A stretch of 64,000 nt of DNA from an uncultured Candidatus Binatia bacterium. GTDB taxonomy: Bacteria; Desulfobacterota; Binatia; UBA9968; JAJDTQ01. This document shows, one piece after another, positions 1-9,949 of the stretch. Numbering within the stretch: the first letter of the stretch is position 1; each line of letters opens with the position of its first letter. A program made the translations under genes and the position numbers. Below the pieces are notes generated by a model, which had not been told where the DNA came from, ran no database searches, and saw only the letters and a program-made list of their open reading frames with translations. The stretch is taken from contig OZ219754.1 of the NCBI GenBank assembly GCA_964291295.2, positions 2,400,001 to 2,464,000 on the forward strand, given 5' to 3'.

Positions 1-2
1 GG

Positions 3-857
3 GAGCTGGAATGGGTGCGCCTGTCTCCCCGGGCGCGGCAGGCCAAGGGCAAGGCGCGGCTTGCGCGCTACGAACAACTGTTGGGACAGGAGCCGGCGGA
101 CGCCCGGGAAGAACTGGAGATATACATCCCGCCGGGGCCGCGGCTGGGGGACCGGGTGCTCCAGGCCGAAGGGCTCACCCACGGGTTCGGTGACCGGCTG
201 CTGTTCGAGAATCTGAGCTTCATCATGCCGCCGGGCGCCATCGTCGGCGTCATCGGCCCCAACGGTTCGGGCAAGACCACGCTGCTGCGCATCGTCACCG
301 GCGGTGTGGCATGCCGGGCCGGCTCGTTCCACATCGGCGACACCGTCCGCATCGGCTACGTGGACCAGAGCCGCACCCTGGACGACCGGCAAACGGTGTG
401 GGAGGCCATTGCCGACGGCCAGGCGCAGATTCTGCTGGGCAAGCGCGAGGTCAACTCCCGCGCCTGGGTGGGGCGTTTCAACTTCTCCGGCCAGGATCAG
501 CAGAGGAAGGTGGGGGAACTCTCGGGCGGCGAACGCAACCGCGTGCACCTGGCGCGCATGTTGAAGGAGGGGGCCAACCTGTTGCTGCTGGACGAGCCCA
601 CCAACGATCTGGACGTGAACACCATGCGGGCGCTGGAGGACGGGCTGGTGGAGTTCGGCGGCTCCTGCATCGTCGTGAGCCACGACCGCTGGTTCCTGGA
701 CCGCATCGCAACCCACATGCTGGCCTTCGAGGGAGACGGCCGGGTGGTCTGGTTCGAGGGCAACTACAGCGACTACGAGGCGGACCGGCGAAGGCGTCTC
801 GGCAAGGAGGCCGATCAGCCGCACCGCATGCGCTACCGCAGGCTGACCCGGGATTGA
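3..857 (+). CDS. ettA: ABC-F ATPase, energy-dependent translational throttle protein EttA (5' truncated by window edge)
   Basis: Frame open from base 3 ([15 protein letters not shown] linker). Walker [14 protein letters not shown] signature, [25 protein letters not shown] and the EttA-like C-terminal tail (PHRMRYRRL) are present. Confidence 0.9.
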   Translation, partial: ELEWVRLSPRARQAKGKARLARYEQLLGQEPADAREELEIYIPPGPRLGDRVLQAEGLTHGFGDRLLFENLSFIMPPGAIVGVIGPNGSGKTTLLRIVTGGVACRAGSFHIGDTVRIGYVDQSRTLDDRQTVWEAIADGQAQILLGKREVNSRAWVGRFNFSGQDQQRKVGELSGGERNRVHLARMLKEGANLLLLDEPTNDLDVNTMRALEDGLVEFGGSCIVVSHDRWFLDRIATHMLAFEGDGRVVWFEGNYSDYEADRRRRLGKEADQPHRMRYRRLTRD

Positions 858-870
858 GTTGGCGTTCGAT

Positions 871-2388
871 TCAGCCGCCGGCCCGCTTCACGAAGTCGGA
901 CAACCGCTCGCCGATCATGATGCAGGTGACGTTGGTGTTGGCGTGCACCACCGTTGGCATGATCGAGGCGTCGGCCACCCAGAGGTTGTCCATGCCGTGC
1001 ACCTTGAGGTTCTGATCCACCACCGCTTCCGGGTTGGAGGCCGGCGCCATCAGGCAGGTGCCGACACCGTGGTGGTAGCTGTCGTAGGTGGTTCGGGCGA
1101 ATTCGGCCCAATCGTCGCCTGGACCGGGAGTGAGCAGGTCGCCGTAGATCTCCCGCATGGCCGGGGTCTCGGCGATCTCCTTGATGAACGCCATGGCCCG
1201 GGTCATGGATTCGATGTCCTGCCGGTCCTCCAGCATGGCCGACTCGATGACCGGCAACTCGTGCGGGTCGCTGCTCTGCAGGCGGATCCGGCCGCGGTTC
1301 ATCTGCTCCAGCAGCGACGCCGACAGCGGGATGGTGGGCTTGATGCCTTCGATGTGGGTCGGCGGCCGCAGCGAAATGTGGAAGTTGGCGCAGTCCCGGT
1401 CGGCGTGGCTCTTGTAGATGTAACGGATGCGCGGGATGATCCAGTCGGCGTCGAACGCCTCCCTGCACTCGAAAGTCATGAAGACCACCGCGTGGTCCTG
1501 ATAGTTCCGGCCCACGCCGGGCATGTTCCGGACCACCTCCACGCCAGCTTTTCGAAGCTCCTCGGCACCGCCGATGCCCGAGAGCATCAGCAGCCGGGCC
1601 GAGTCGTAGACCCCGGCGCTCATCACCACGTGGGTGCCGGAGACGGTCTCCTGACGGCCGTCCTTCTCGTAGCACACGCCGGTCACGCGGCTGCCGGAGA
1701 TGTTCAGCCGGGTGACCGGCGCCTCGGCGATGATGGTGAGGTTGGAGCGGCCGCGCGCCGGGTCCAGGTAGGCCACCACGGTGGACTGCCGCTTGCCGTC
1801 CCGGATGCTGAAGGGCGGGTGGCCGACGCCCTCGGGATCGGGGATGTTGGTGTCCTCCAGGAGCGGCAGACCCTTCTGCTGGCCAGCTTCGATGAACGCC
1901 TGGACCGGATCGGCCGCTCCCGGCGTGTCGAACGTGAACGGGCGCTTCACGTAGAGCGGGCCGTCATTGCCGTGAAGCGGGCTGTCCGGGAAGTCATGGT
2001 CCGATTCCAGCCGTTTCAGCACTGGCAGGACCTTGTCCCACGACCAGTCCGGGTTGCCGGCGGCCACCCAGTTGTCCATGTCGGCCTTCATGGGCCGGGG
2101 AGCGGCCATGACGTTCACCGATGAGCCCCCGCCCATGATCCTGCCGGCGAGCTTGTAGCAGATGCTGCCGTCCAGGTCCCGCGGGCTCGGATACATGGTC
2201 AGGTAGTCGGTCTCCAGCAGCAGCCGCACCTGGTTGGCGGCCTCGGCCACCATCTCGGGAAGGGGCCGGGGGTCCGGCCCCGCTTCCAGCAGCAGCACAT
2301 TGCGCCCGGGATCCTCGGAGAGGCGGCTCGCCGCGGCGCAGCCCGCCGAGCCCCCGCCGATGATGATGACGTCGTAGTGTTTCGCCAT
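871..2388 (-). CDS. GMC-family FAD oxidoreductase (choline dehydrogenase-like)
   Basis: N-terminal GGGSAG FAD motif, GRIMGGGSSVN, GVGRNYQDH, C-terminal HHGVGTC and VADASIMP..ANTN. Confidence 0.9.
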   Translation of the reverse strand: MAKHYDVIIIGGGSAGCAAASRLSEDPGRNVLLLEAGPDPRPLPEMVAEAANQVRLLLETDYLTMYPSPRDLDGSICYKLAGRIMGGGSSVNVMAAPRPMKADMDNWVAAGNPDWSWDKVLPVLKRLESDHDFPDSPLHGNDGPLYVKRPFTFDTPGAADPVQAFIEAGQQKGLPLLEDTNIPDPEGVGHPPFSIRDGKRQSTVVAYLDPARGRSNLTIIAEAPVTRLNISGSRVTGVCYEKDGRQETVSGTHVVMSAGVYDSARLLMLSGIGGAEELRKAGVEVVRNMPGVGRNYQDHAVVFMTFECREAFDADWIIPRIRYIYKSHADRDCANFHISLRPPTHIEGIKPTIPLSASLLEQMNRGRIRLQSSDPHELPVIESAMLEDRQDIESMTRAMAFIKEIAETPAMREIYGDLLTPGPGDDWAEFARTTYDSYHHGVGTCLMAPASNPEAVVDQNLKVHGMDNLWVADASIMPTVVHANTNVTCIMIGERLSDFVKRAGG

Positions 2389-2398
2389 GAGAGAAACC

Positions 2399-2887
2399 CT
2401 ATGCTTTCGGGGCCGGTTCGCCGTCCCGGGCCCTGGCGGCCTGGTCGTCCAGCGCCTTGCCCAGGCGTTTCCTGAACTCTTCCAGGATGAGCGAGGTGGT
2501 GGCGCGCAGGATCATGTCGCCGACGATGGCCAGTCGTCCCTTGATCTCCACCGACGCCTTGTAACGGAGTTCGGTGCGGTTCTCCCCGGGCTCTTCCATG
2601 CGGGCGTCCACCGCGGCCACCACCGTGCTCCGGGTCACGGAGTCGTTGCCTTCGATTTTCACGGCGAGGGATTCCCTGGGGTTGCTCTCGGTGATGGTGG
2701 AGCGGAAGGCGAACTTTCCCGCCATGGGCCCCACCTTGGCGCTGATGACGCCGTCGAAGGTGACGTCGTCGATCCGGTCGATGGAATCGAGACCCGGCAT
2801 GCAGGACGAGAACTTCCGGATGTCCAGCACGAAGTCCCAAACGACGTCTCTCGGATGTTCCACGGTGATGGTGCCCTCGAAGTTCAT
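2399..2887 (-). CDS. CoxG/SRPBCC-family protein
   Basis: 162 aa; VWDFVLD..SCMPG, KVGPM and IKGRLA segments resemble CoxG. Confidence 0.75.
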   Translation of the reverse strand: MNFEGTITVEHPRDVVWDFVLDIRKFSSCMPGLDSIDRIDDVTFDGVISAKVGPMAGKFAFRSTITESNPRESLAVKIEGNDSVTRSTVVAAVDARMEEPGENRTELRYKASVEIKGRLAIVGDMILRATTSLILEEFRKRLGKALDDQAARARDGEPAPKA

Positions 2888-3182
2888 GGCGGCTCCCGGC
2901 GACGAGTCGAACTGGAAGGGATATAGCGGGTTCGGCGGTGCCGATCAACCTGCGGGCCGATACGGCAGGGCGCCGGCGCCGCGGAGACGTCGTTCCCGCG
3001 CCGGCGGAAGGTCCGAACCGCTCCGGGTTCGCCGGGGCTGAATCAATGACATCAACAGGCTGCGAGCAGGTTCATGTCGCGCCGTCGTCTTGTTCGGACC
3101 TTCCCTTGCCAGTGGGGCGGGCGGCGTGATTGCAGTTCCGGCGTGGTTACGAATCCGGTCCGGCGTGCTACACGTGGCCTTC

Positions 3183-4076
3183 ATGGACATGGACATCGCC
3201 ATGGTCTATGCCCTCGGTACGGCGTTCTTCCTGGCGTTGCGGGACATCTTCGGCCGCTTGGCCACCCGTGACATCGACCCGGTGCTGGGCACGGCGGCGA
3301 CGGCGTTCACCGGCTTGGTGGTGCTGGCCTGCGCCGCCCTGGTGAACGGCGACTTCCAGGCGGGGTTTCCTGGTTGGGGATGGCCGCTGTTCATGATCGG
3401 CTGCGCCGGAATCCTGCGCATTACCGTGGGCCGCACCACCCTGTTCACCGCCATCAAGTACATCGGCGCCGCGCGCGCCAGCAGCTTCAGCGCCACCAAC
3501 GTCTTCTTCGCCATGTTCCTGGGGGTGGTCTTCCTGGGCGAGAAGCTGACGGTTCTCCTGGCGGCCGGGGCGGTTCTGGTGGTGGGCGGCTGCGTGCTGG
3601 TGGCCCTGAGTCGTGTCCGGGGCGCCGTCGCGCAGACCTGGACGCGCCATGCGGCCGGCATCGGCCTGGCACTGGGCAGCGCCTTCGCCATGGCGCTGTC
3701 CGCCGCTCTGACCCGGGTGGTGGTGCACGAGTTCCCGTCGCCTCTGGGCGCCAATTTCTACGCCAGCCTCATCGCGCTGCCGAGCTTCCTGCCGGTCATT
3801 GCCGGCCGGCCGCTGCGCAGCGTCGCCCACTGGAGCTCCCGGCACTGGTGGTACACTTGGCTGGTGGGCCTGGTGTCCGCCATCGGCACCACCTGCGGCT
3901 ATTTCGCGCTCCGCCACGCACCCGTGGTGGTGGTGCAGCCCATTGCGCAGGCCCGGCCGCTCTTCGTGTTGCTGATCTCATGGATATTCCTGCAGGCTCA
4001 CGAGTCGGTTGGCTGGAGGATCGCGGCCGGCGCCGTGGCCATCGTCGCCGGCACCGCGTTGCTGGTGCTGGAATGA
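3183..4076 (+). CDS. DMT/EamA-family transporter
   Basis: About 10 hydrophobic segments in two repeats, AIKYIGAARAS and FLGEKL motifs. Start placed at the first ATG (3183). Confidence 0.8.
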   Translation: MDMDIAMVYALGTAFFLALRDIFGRLATRDIDPVLGTAATAFTGLVVLACAALVNGDFQAGFPGWGWPLFMIGCAGILRITVGRTTLFTAIKYIGAARASSFSATNVFFAMFLGVVFLGEKLTVLLAAGAVLVVGGCVLVALSRVRGAVAQTWTRHAAGIGLALGSAFAMALSAALTRVVVHEFPSPLGANFYASLIALPSFLPVIAGRPLRSVAHWSSRHWWYTWLVGLVSAIGTTCGYFALRHAPVVVVQPIAQARPLFVLLISWIFLQAHESVGWRIAAGAVAIVAGTALLVLE

Positions 4077-4249
4077 GGAGGAAGGGGTTCGCTTTCCGGT
4101 CTTCGCAGGCTATATGTTGAGAACGGGCGGGAGCCTGCATGGGGATGAGTTCGACCTTGGTGTTGTATCTCGCAGGAATCCGGCGCGCCCTGGCGCACCT
4201 GTTCGGGAGCCATGACGGGACTGCCGGTTCCGGGGAAGGAGTACGGCCG

Positions 4250-4657
4250 GTGAAGGACAAGGTTGTCAAGACCGAAGAGGAGTGGCGCCGGCAGCTCACG
4301 GACGAGCAATTTCTGGTGACACGCAAAAAGGCCACCGAGAGGCCGTTCACGGGCGAGTACCACGCCTCCGGCGAGCCTGGTATGTACCGGTGCGTCTGCT
4401 GCGGCACGGAGCTGTTCGACGCCGACGCCAAGTTCGACTCGGGTACCGGATGGCCGAGTTTCCGGGCGCCGGTGAACGAGGCGCATGTGTCCACCGTGCA
4501 GGACCATTCCTTCGGGATGCGGCGGGTGGAGGTGCTGTGCAGCGTTTGCGACGCCCATCTGGGGCACGTCTTCGACGACGGGCCAGCCCCGACCTATCAG
4601 AGATATTGCATCAACTCGCTCTCTTTGAAGCACGAGAGAGACCAGGGAAACCAATAA
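4250..4657 (+). CDS. msrB: Peptide-methionine (R)-S-oxide reductase MsrB
   Basis: TERPFTGEY, CxxC pairs, KFDSGTGWPSF, HLGHVFDDGP and RYCINS. GTG start downstream of an AAGGAG RBS. Confidence 0.95.
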   Translation: MKDKVVKTEEEWRRQLTDEQFLVTRKKATERPFTGEYHASGEPGMYRCVCCGTELFDADAKFDSGTGWPSFRAPVNEAHVSTVQDHSFGMRRVEVLCSVCDAHLGHVFDDGPAPTYQRYCINSLSLKHERDQGNQ

Positions 4658-4678
4658 AGACCAAGGAGGTTCCGTCAT

Positions 4679-5917
4679 ATGGACAGCAGACAGGTGCTGG
4701 CACAACTCGACCGCGCGCATCTTGTGGAAATGACCCGCGATCTGGCCGATATCGTCACCATCACGGGCGAGGAGGCCCCGGTGGCGGAATATCTGGGCCG
4801 CGAGTTCGAACGGCTGGGCATGGAGGTAGAGTACCAGGAAGTGGAGGAGGGGCGGCCCAATGTCATCGGCAGGCTGAGAGGGTCGGGCGACGGGCCGGTG
4901 CTGATGTTCAACGGCCACATGGACCACTTCGACAATCCCGAGCCCACGCGGGTGACGGAAGAACGGATCTATGGCCGCGGCCTGGTGAACATGAAGTGCG
5001 CGTTTCCCTGCTACATCACCGCGGTGGACATGCTTGTCAAGGCCGGGGCGGAACTCAGGGGCGACATCCTCATCTCCGGCGTGGTGGGCGAGATCGAGAA
5101 GGCCCAGGTCAACAGGTTCCGCGGCAAGAGCTACCGGGGAGCCGGCGTGGGGGCGCGCTATCTGATGGACCACGGCGTCACCGCCGACATGTGCGTCATC
5201 GGCGAGCCCACGGGGCTGCGCATGCAGATTGGCAATGCCGGTCTGGTGTGGGCCGAGGTGACCGTCGAAGGGCCGGCCAAGACCTTCGTCCTGAAGGCGT
5301 CCGAGGTGGCCAGGGCGATCCAGGAGTGGGAGGCCGACTACCAGAAGCAGTTCCCGCATCCGTTCATGCTCCCCACGGTGCAGATCGGCGCCATCGATGG
5401 CGGCAATCCCTTCAAGCCCGGCACCAACCCGGTGTGCAAGATCTACGTCATCGTCAAGACGCTGCCCGGGGTGGCCAGCATGAAGATCCAGCGGGAGCTG
5501 GAGAAGGTGGCCGCGGCCGTCGCCGCCAGGGAAGGGGACATCACCACCCGGGTGAAGCTCTATCTCTCCACCGGCGGCTACGAGATTCCCGCAACCGACT
5601 ATGTGGTCCAGGCCATGGGCGGAGCGCACCGGGAAGTCAACGGCAGCGACATGGAGTTCTCGGAGCCGGTGCGCTACGGCATCACCAGCGACGGCTCGCG
5701 CATTCATCAGTATGGCGTGTCGGTGGTCACCTACGGCGCCGGCTTCGGCACCCACCTGGTGGACCCGGACGAACAGGAAACCGGCACGGAATGGGACCGC
5801 CCGTCCGGCACCCGCCGGGGCGTGGGCATCAACAACATGATCCGCTGCAGCAAGGTCTACGCCCTCGCCGCCCTGGACATCTGCGGCAAGAGCCGCGCGG
5901 AGTTGAATCTCGACTGA
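4679..5917 (+). CDS. M20 family metallohydrolase (ArgE/DapE-like), atypical active-site motifs
   Basis: GRPNVIG, FNGHMD, YGRG.VNMK and IGEPT motifs; AAGGAGG RBS. Confidence 0.8.
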   Translation: MDSRQVLAQLDRAHLVEMTRDLADIVTITGEEAPVAEYLGREFERLGMEVEYQEVEEGRPNVIGRLRGSGDGPVLMFNGHMDHFDNPEPTRVTEERIYGRGLVNMKCAFPCYITAVDMLVKAGAELRGDILISGVVGEIEKAQVNRFRGKSYRGAGVGARYLMDHGVTADMCVIGEPTGLRMQIGNAGLVWAEVTVEGPAKTFVLKASEVARAIQEWEADYQKQFPHPFMLPTVQIGAIDGGNPFKPGTNPVCKIYVIVKTLPGVASMKIQRELEKVAAAVAAREGDITTRVKLYLSTGGYEIPATDYVVQAMGGAHREVNGSDMEFSEPVRYGITSDGSRIHQYGVSVVTYGAGFGTHLVDPDEQETGTEWDRPSGTRRGVGINNMIRCSKVYALAALDICGKSRAELNLD

Positions 5918-5931
5918 TGCCCGTCGGGCAT

Positions 5932-5969
5932 GACGGGGGGCGGGCGGCTTCGGGCCGCCCGCTTCCGTC
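5932..5969. terminator. GC-rich intergenic stem-loop (terminator or mRNA-stabilising hairpin)
   Basis: GACGG..GCGGGCGGC / GCCGCCCGC..CCGTC inverted repeat just after the stop at 5917; no U-tract. Confidence 0.4.
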
Positions 5970-6011
5970 CGCGCCGGCGGTGAGCGGAACGCGCCGCCGC
6001 CAGGAGATCCC

Positions 6012-6935
6012 ATGGAACTGACGCTCGCACATTACCGCAACCGTTTCTGCATGTACCGGACCTACCATGCGCTGCGGGAGGGCATCGTCAAGCCCGAGGG
6101 TTTCGACCTGAAGGTGATGGAGGTGGCCGACCCGCCGAGCCACGAGCTGGAGGAGGTGCTGATCCGGGGCGAGGTGGCGTTCGCCAACATCTATCTGCCG
6201 AACTTCCTCAAGCGCAGGCTTGGCGGTGCGCCCATCGTGGGCTTGTCCACGGAATGGAAGTCCACCTCCAAGGGCAACGGCATCTTCGTGCGCAAGGACG
6301 GACCGGTGCGGACTCCCAAGGACCTGGAGGGCCGGCTCATCGCCAGCCACCATTCCGACCCCCACGCCATGCACTGCTACCTGCTGCGCAGGCACTACGG
6401 TGTGGACGACTCCACCATCCGCTGGGAGTCCCATCCCCAGGATGAGCTCTTGCCGATCCTCAAGGAGGGCAAGGCCGACGCCGCCACGCTCATTGACCAG
6501 GTGTTCTGGCACGGCGAGCACGACCCCGACCTCCGTTGCCTTTACACGGACGGCGACGCCTGGCGCGGCCTCCACGGGCTTCCGGAGATCATCAAGCACA
6601 TGCTGGCGACCCGCGAGGAGCTGCTGCGGGAGCATCCGGAACTCGGCGGCCGTATCCTCGACGCCTGCCGGAAGTCGGTGGCCTACAGCGATGCCCACCT
6701 TGAGGAGGTGGCCGACCGCTTCATCGCCCGGTACGGCGGTGACAAGCGGGACATCCTGGCCTCCGCCGGCTACCCCAGGATCGAGTTCACCTTCACGGAC
6801 ACCGAGCGCAGGGAGGCGGAAGCCACCATGGAGATGCTGATGGAGACCGGTCGCCTGAAAGGGCGGGTGGACCTTTCCGAGGCGTTCGTGTCGCCGGCCA
6901 CTGGCGACACGGCAACGAGACCGCCGACCCTATAG
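6012..6935 (+). CDS. Type 2 periplasmic-binding-fold protein (MqnA/MqnD/SsuA-like), no signal peptide
   Basis: VRKDGPVRTPKDLEGRLIA, LKEGKADAA and LLREHPE motifs typical of SsuA/NMT1/MqnD folds; hydrophilic N-terminus. Confidence 0.65.
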   Translation: MELTLAHYRNRFCMYRTYHALREGIVKPEGFDLKVMEVADPPSHELEEVLIRGEVAFANIYLPNFLKRRLGGAPIVGLSTEWKSTSKGNGIFVRKDGPVRTPKDLEGRLIASHHSDPHAMHCYLLRRHYGVDDSTIRWESHPQDELLPILKEGKADAATLIDQVFWHGEHDPDLRCLYTDGDAWRGLHGLPEIIKHMLATREELLREHPELGGRILDACRKSVAYSDAHLEEVADRFIARYGGDKRDILASAGYPRIEFTFTDTERREAEATMEMLMETGRLKGRVDLSEAFVSPATGDTATRPPTL

Positions 6936-7012
6936 ACCGAAGCCCCTCTCCGGGACCGGAGCCGGGTCCCGTCCGTGAAGGCGGGAATCCGGGAAGCGCA
7001 CCATGGCAGGGC

Positions 7013-7041
7013 TTGACGCCTGTCCCGCGGCTCTATAACGT
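7013..7041 (+). promoter_or_regulatory. Putative sigma70 promoter
   Basis: TTGACG-17 nt-TAACGT about 40 nt upstream of the ATG at 7083, with a GGAGG RBS in between. Confidence 0.5.
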
Positions 7042-7082
7042 GGCCGCACATCACCGTCACCGGCGGATCAAGGGAGGTTCCC

Positions 7083-8156
7083 ATGCGAAATCCGATACCA
7101 GGAAGAAGCCTTGTACCGGGAAGCCTGATACCAAGGGCGATGGCGCTGGTACTTGGCCTGGTTCTGTGCCTTTCCGGCATGGCGCTGGCGTCGAGTGCCG
7201 AACTGGTGGCCGCGGCCAAGGAGGAAGGCAGGCTCAGGCTGGTGACATTCTCCAGCTTCAGGAAGGCGGCCGAGTCTTTTCAGAAGAAATACGGCATCAC
7301 GGTGGAGGGCACCTACGTGGGCGCGCCCGGCGTTCTCCGCAAGGTAAGCCAGGAATCCCAGGCGGGGATCTTCGCCATCGACGTGTTCGGCACCTCCCCG
7401 GGGCCGTTGAGCGGGCTCAACCACCTGACCCTGCGCTACGAACCCGCCGGCTATGAAAAGGTCGCGCACCACATGACGGCGCTGCCCAGGGAGTGGAACC
7501 AGGTGCCGATCTTCATCCACGTGGTGGGAGCGTCCTACAACAAGGAACTGATCCCGCCGGACAAGGCGCCGCGCAGTATCCAGGAGCTGATCAAGCCCGA
7601 GTACAAGGGCCGGATCATCTCCCGCACGCCGTGGCTGGGGTCCAACTATCTCGTGCACATCGCCTCCCTGCAGGCCTGGTTCGGCGGCAACGAGGAACAG
7701 TGGGCCAGCTACTGGAAGAAGTTCAAGGTCAACGTGGGGCGGTACGAGCCCAAGTGGGGCCCGCTCCACCAGGCGGTGGGTCTCAAGGAGTATCCCCTGG
7801 GCATCTTCACGTTGCCGTACACGCCGTTCACCTTCGGCCGCAGCTATCCCGGGCTCGGCTACTCCACGTTCCGGGAGCCGGCCATCTGGTGGCCCAACAT
7901 GCTGGCGATTCACAAGCAGGCTCCCCACCCCAACGCCGCCAGGCTCTTCATGGAGTTCGCCATCAGCGCCGAGGGGCAGAAGCACTTCGTCGACGAGGGG
8001 CTGATCCCGGCCGACAGCACCATGAAGCCCCGGGCGTCGCTCATCAAGGAGCTTGAGGGCGTCACCTTCTTCGACAGGGCGCCGGAGATCATCGCCCGGG
8101 AGGTCAGCGAGAACAAGGATGCCTGGACGAAGCGCATTCAGGCGCTCTACCAGTAG
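7083..8156 (+). CDS. ABC transporter substrate-binding protein (Fe3+/thiamine/polyamine-like cluster)
   Basis: Signal peptide, AAKEEGRL, YNKELIP..APRS, APHPNAARLFMEF..SAEGQ. Confidence 0.85.
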   Translation: MRNPIPGRSLVPGSLIPRAMALVLGLVLCLSGMALASSAELVAAAKEEGRLRLVTFSSFRKAAESFQKKYGITVEGTYVGAPGVLRKVSQESQAGIFAIDVFGTSPGPLSGLNHLTLRYEPAGYEKVAHHMTALPREWNQVPIFIHVVGASYNKELIPPDKAPRSIQELIKPEYKGRIISRTPWLGSNYLVHIASLQAWFGGNEEQWASYWKKFKVNVGRYEPKWGPLHQAVGLKEYPLGIFTLPYTPFTFGRSYPGLGYSTFREPAIWWPNMLAIHKQAPHPNAARLFMEFAISAEGQKHFVDEGLIPADSTMKPRASLIKELEGVTFFDRAPEIIAREVSENKDAWTKRIQALYQ

Positions 8157-8185
8157 GCGCGGGCGCCGGAACGACGCGGGGGGCC

Positions 8186-9286
8186 ATGTTCGAATTCTTT
8201 CCGGGGAATCGAAGCTGGTCCTTCGCGTGCATCCGTCTGCTGGCGGAGAGCTACTACGGCGGCGGCGAGTTCAGCGAGATCCACCGCACCGTGCAGCGCA
8301 TCCGGTCCGGCGATACCGAAAGCTGGCACGCCGAGTGGCATGAGACCGCGGACCGGGTCGCCGCCCGGGGCCGGGAGCACCAGGCCGGCGGTCGCTTCGA
8401 GAGTGCGCGAGCGGCCTTCTTCCGCGCCGCCAACTACTACCGGGTCGCCGAGTTCGTCCTGCCCTTCACCGACCACCGGAAGGTTCCCACCTATCGCAGG
8501 TCGGCCGACAGCTTCCACGCCGCCGTAGCGCTCTCCCCCGGCATCGAATGCGTGGAGGTGCCCTACGAAGACACATCCATGCCCGGCTACTTCTTCCACG
8601 CACCGGCCGCCGCCGGCGGGAAGCCGCCGGTGCTGATCTTCACCGGCGGCGCGGATTCCACCGCCGAGGAGGTTTATTTCGTCGGCGGCCCCGAAGCCGC
8701 CAGGCGGGGCCTTGCCCTGCTCATCGTCGACGGACCCGGACGCGGCGGCATGCTCCGGCTGCGCCACCGCTTGGCCATCCCGGACTTCGAGCGGCCGGTA
8801 TCGGCCATGGTGGACTATCTTGAGAGCCGCGGCGACGTCGACGCCGGCCGCATCGCCCTCATGGGCATGAGCATGGGCGGCTACTACGTCACCCGCGCCG
8901 CCGCCTGGGAGAAGCGCGTCAAGGCCTGCGTGTCCCACTTCGGCCCCTACGACTGCTACCGGGACATCTACGAGTTCTACGAGCCGCTCAGGGAACAGTT
9001 CCGCTGGATCACCGGCTCGAGCACCAAAGACGAGGTGCGCCGCCGCCTGAGTCGCTTCACCCTCGCCGGCAGCATCGGCAAGGTCGAGTGCCCGCTGCTG
9101 ATCCTCCACGGCGAGGACGACATCATCACCGACCCTCGCTGTGCCCGCCAACTCCATGACGAAGCCCGTTGCGAGAAGGAGCTGCGCTACTTCCGCTCCG
9201 GCGAGCCCGGCGCCATCCACTGCGCCTACGACAACCACGCCGAGGTCTTCTCCTTCATGCACGACTGGGTGGCGGCAAAAGTGTAG
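8186..9286 (+). CDS. Alpha/beta hydrolase (2,6-dihydroxypseudooxynicotine hydrolase / FrsA-like)
   Basis: RAANYYRVAEF, GGADSTAEE, DGPGRG, nucleophile elbow GMSMGG, LHGEDD and GAIHC. Confidence 0.85.
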   Translation: MFEFFPGNRSWSFACIRLLAESYYGGGEFSEIHRTVQRIRSGDTESWHAEWHETADRVAARGREHQAGGRFESARAAFFRAANYYRVAEFVLPFTDHRKVPTYRRSADSFHAAVALSPGIECVEVPYEDTSMPGYFFHAPAAAGGKPPVLIFTGGADSTAEEVYFVGGPEAARRGLALLIVDGPGRGGMLRLRHRLAIPDFERPVSAMVDYLESRGDVDAGRIALMGMSMGGYYVTRAAAWEKRVKACVSHFGPYDCYRDIYEFYEPLREQFRWITGSSTKDEVRRRLSRFTLAGSIGKVECPLLILHGEDDIITDPRCARQLHDEARCEKELRYFRSGEPGAIHCAYDNHAEVFSFMHDWVAAKV

Positions 9287-9291
9287 CGGCC

Positions 9292-9816
9292 ATGGACGGG
9301 TTGCTCGACAAGATCTCTTCCTACAACATCTTCAACTACCTTCTGCCGGGCAGCCTGTTTGCGGTTATGGCGGATGCGGTAACTGACTATTGCTTCATCC
9401 AGCAAAACACCATTGTTGGGCTCTTTCTCTACTATTTCATTGGCTTGGTGGTCAGTCGAATAGGCTCTTTGGTTGTCGAGCCTATCTTGAAGGCAGTCGG
9501 GTTCGTCACTTTCGTCGACTACCGGAGATTCATCGAAGCCTCAAAAACCGACCCGAAGATCGACGTACATTCCGAAACGAACAACATGTACCGGACACTG
9601 GCCGCGCTTTTTCTCCTACTCCTGATCGTCATCTTGTTTGACCGATTCGCATCCTTGTTACCTTGGCTGGTGGACGGGTCGCCGTATATCGCCGGGGTGG
9701 CCCTCCTTGCAATATTTCTATTCGCTTATCGGAAACAGAGCATCTACCTCGGCAGGCGAGTCAACGATGCGGTCGGTAGGAAAAGGACCAGATTCGACGG
9801 GGGCGATGCGAAATAG
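9292..9816 (+). CDS. Hypothetical multi-pass membrane protein (about 4 TM)
   Basis: ATG at 9292, MDGLLDKISSYNIFNYLLPG start, four hydrophobic stretches; codon usage AT-richer than flanking genes. Confidence 0.7.
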   Translation: MDGLLDKISSYNIFNYLLPGSLFAVMADAVTDYCFIQQNTIVGLFLYYFIGLVVSRIGSLVVEPILKAVGFVTFVDYRRFIEASKTDPKIDVHSETNNMYRTLAALFLLLLIVILFDRFASLLPWLVDGSPYIAGVALLAIFLFAYRKQSIYLGRRVNDAVGRKRTRFDGGDAK

Positions 9817-9949
9817 AGAATGTCTCGATCGAGAGCGAGCAGAGTGGAGCCCGTTGTCTTGGGATGCTTCCTGCCAGAGCGGTTTCGACAAAGGAAGAAG
9901 TGTCGGGTGGCTGGGACCAGACTCAGTCACTGAGACGCAGGACCATTGA

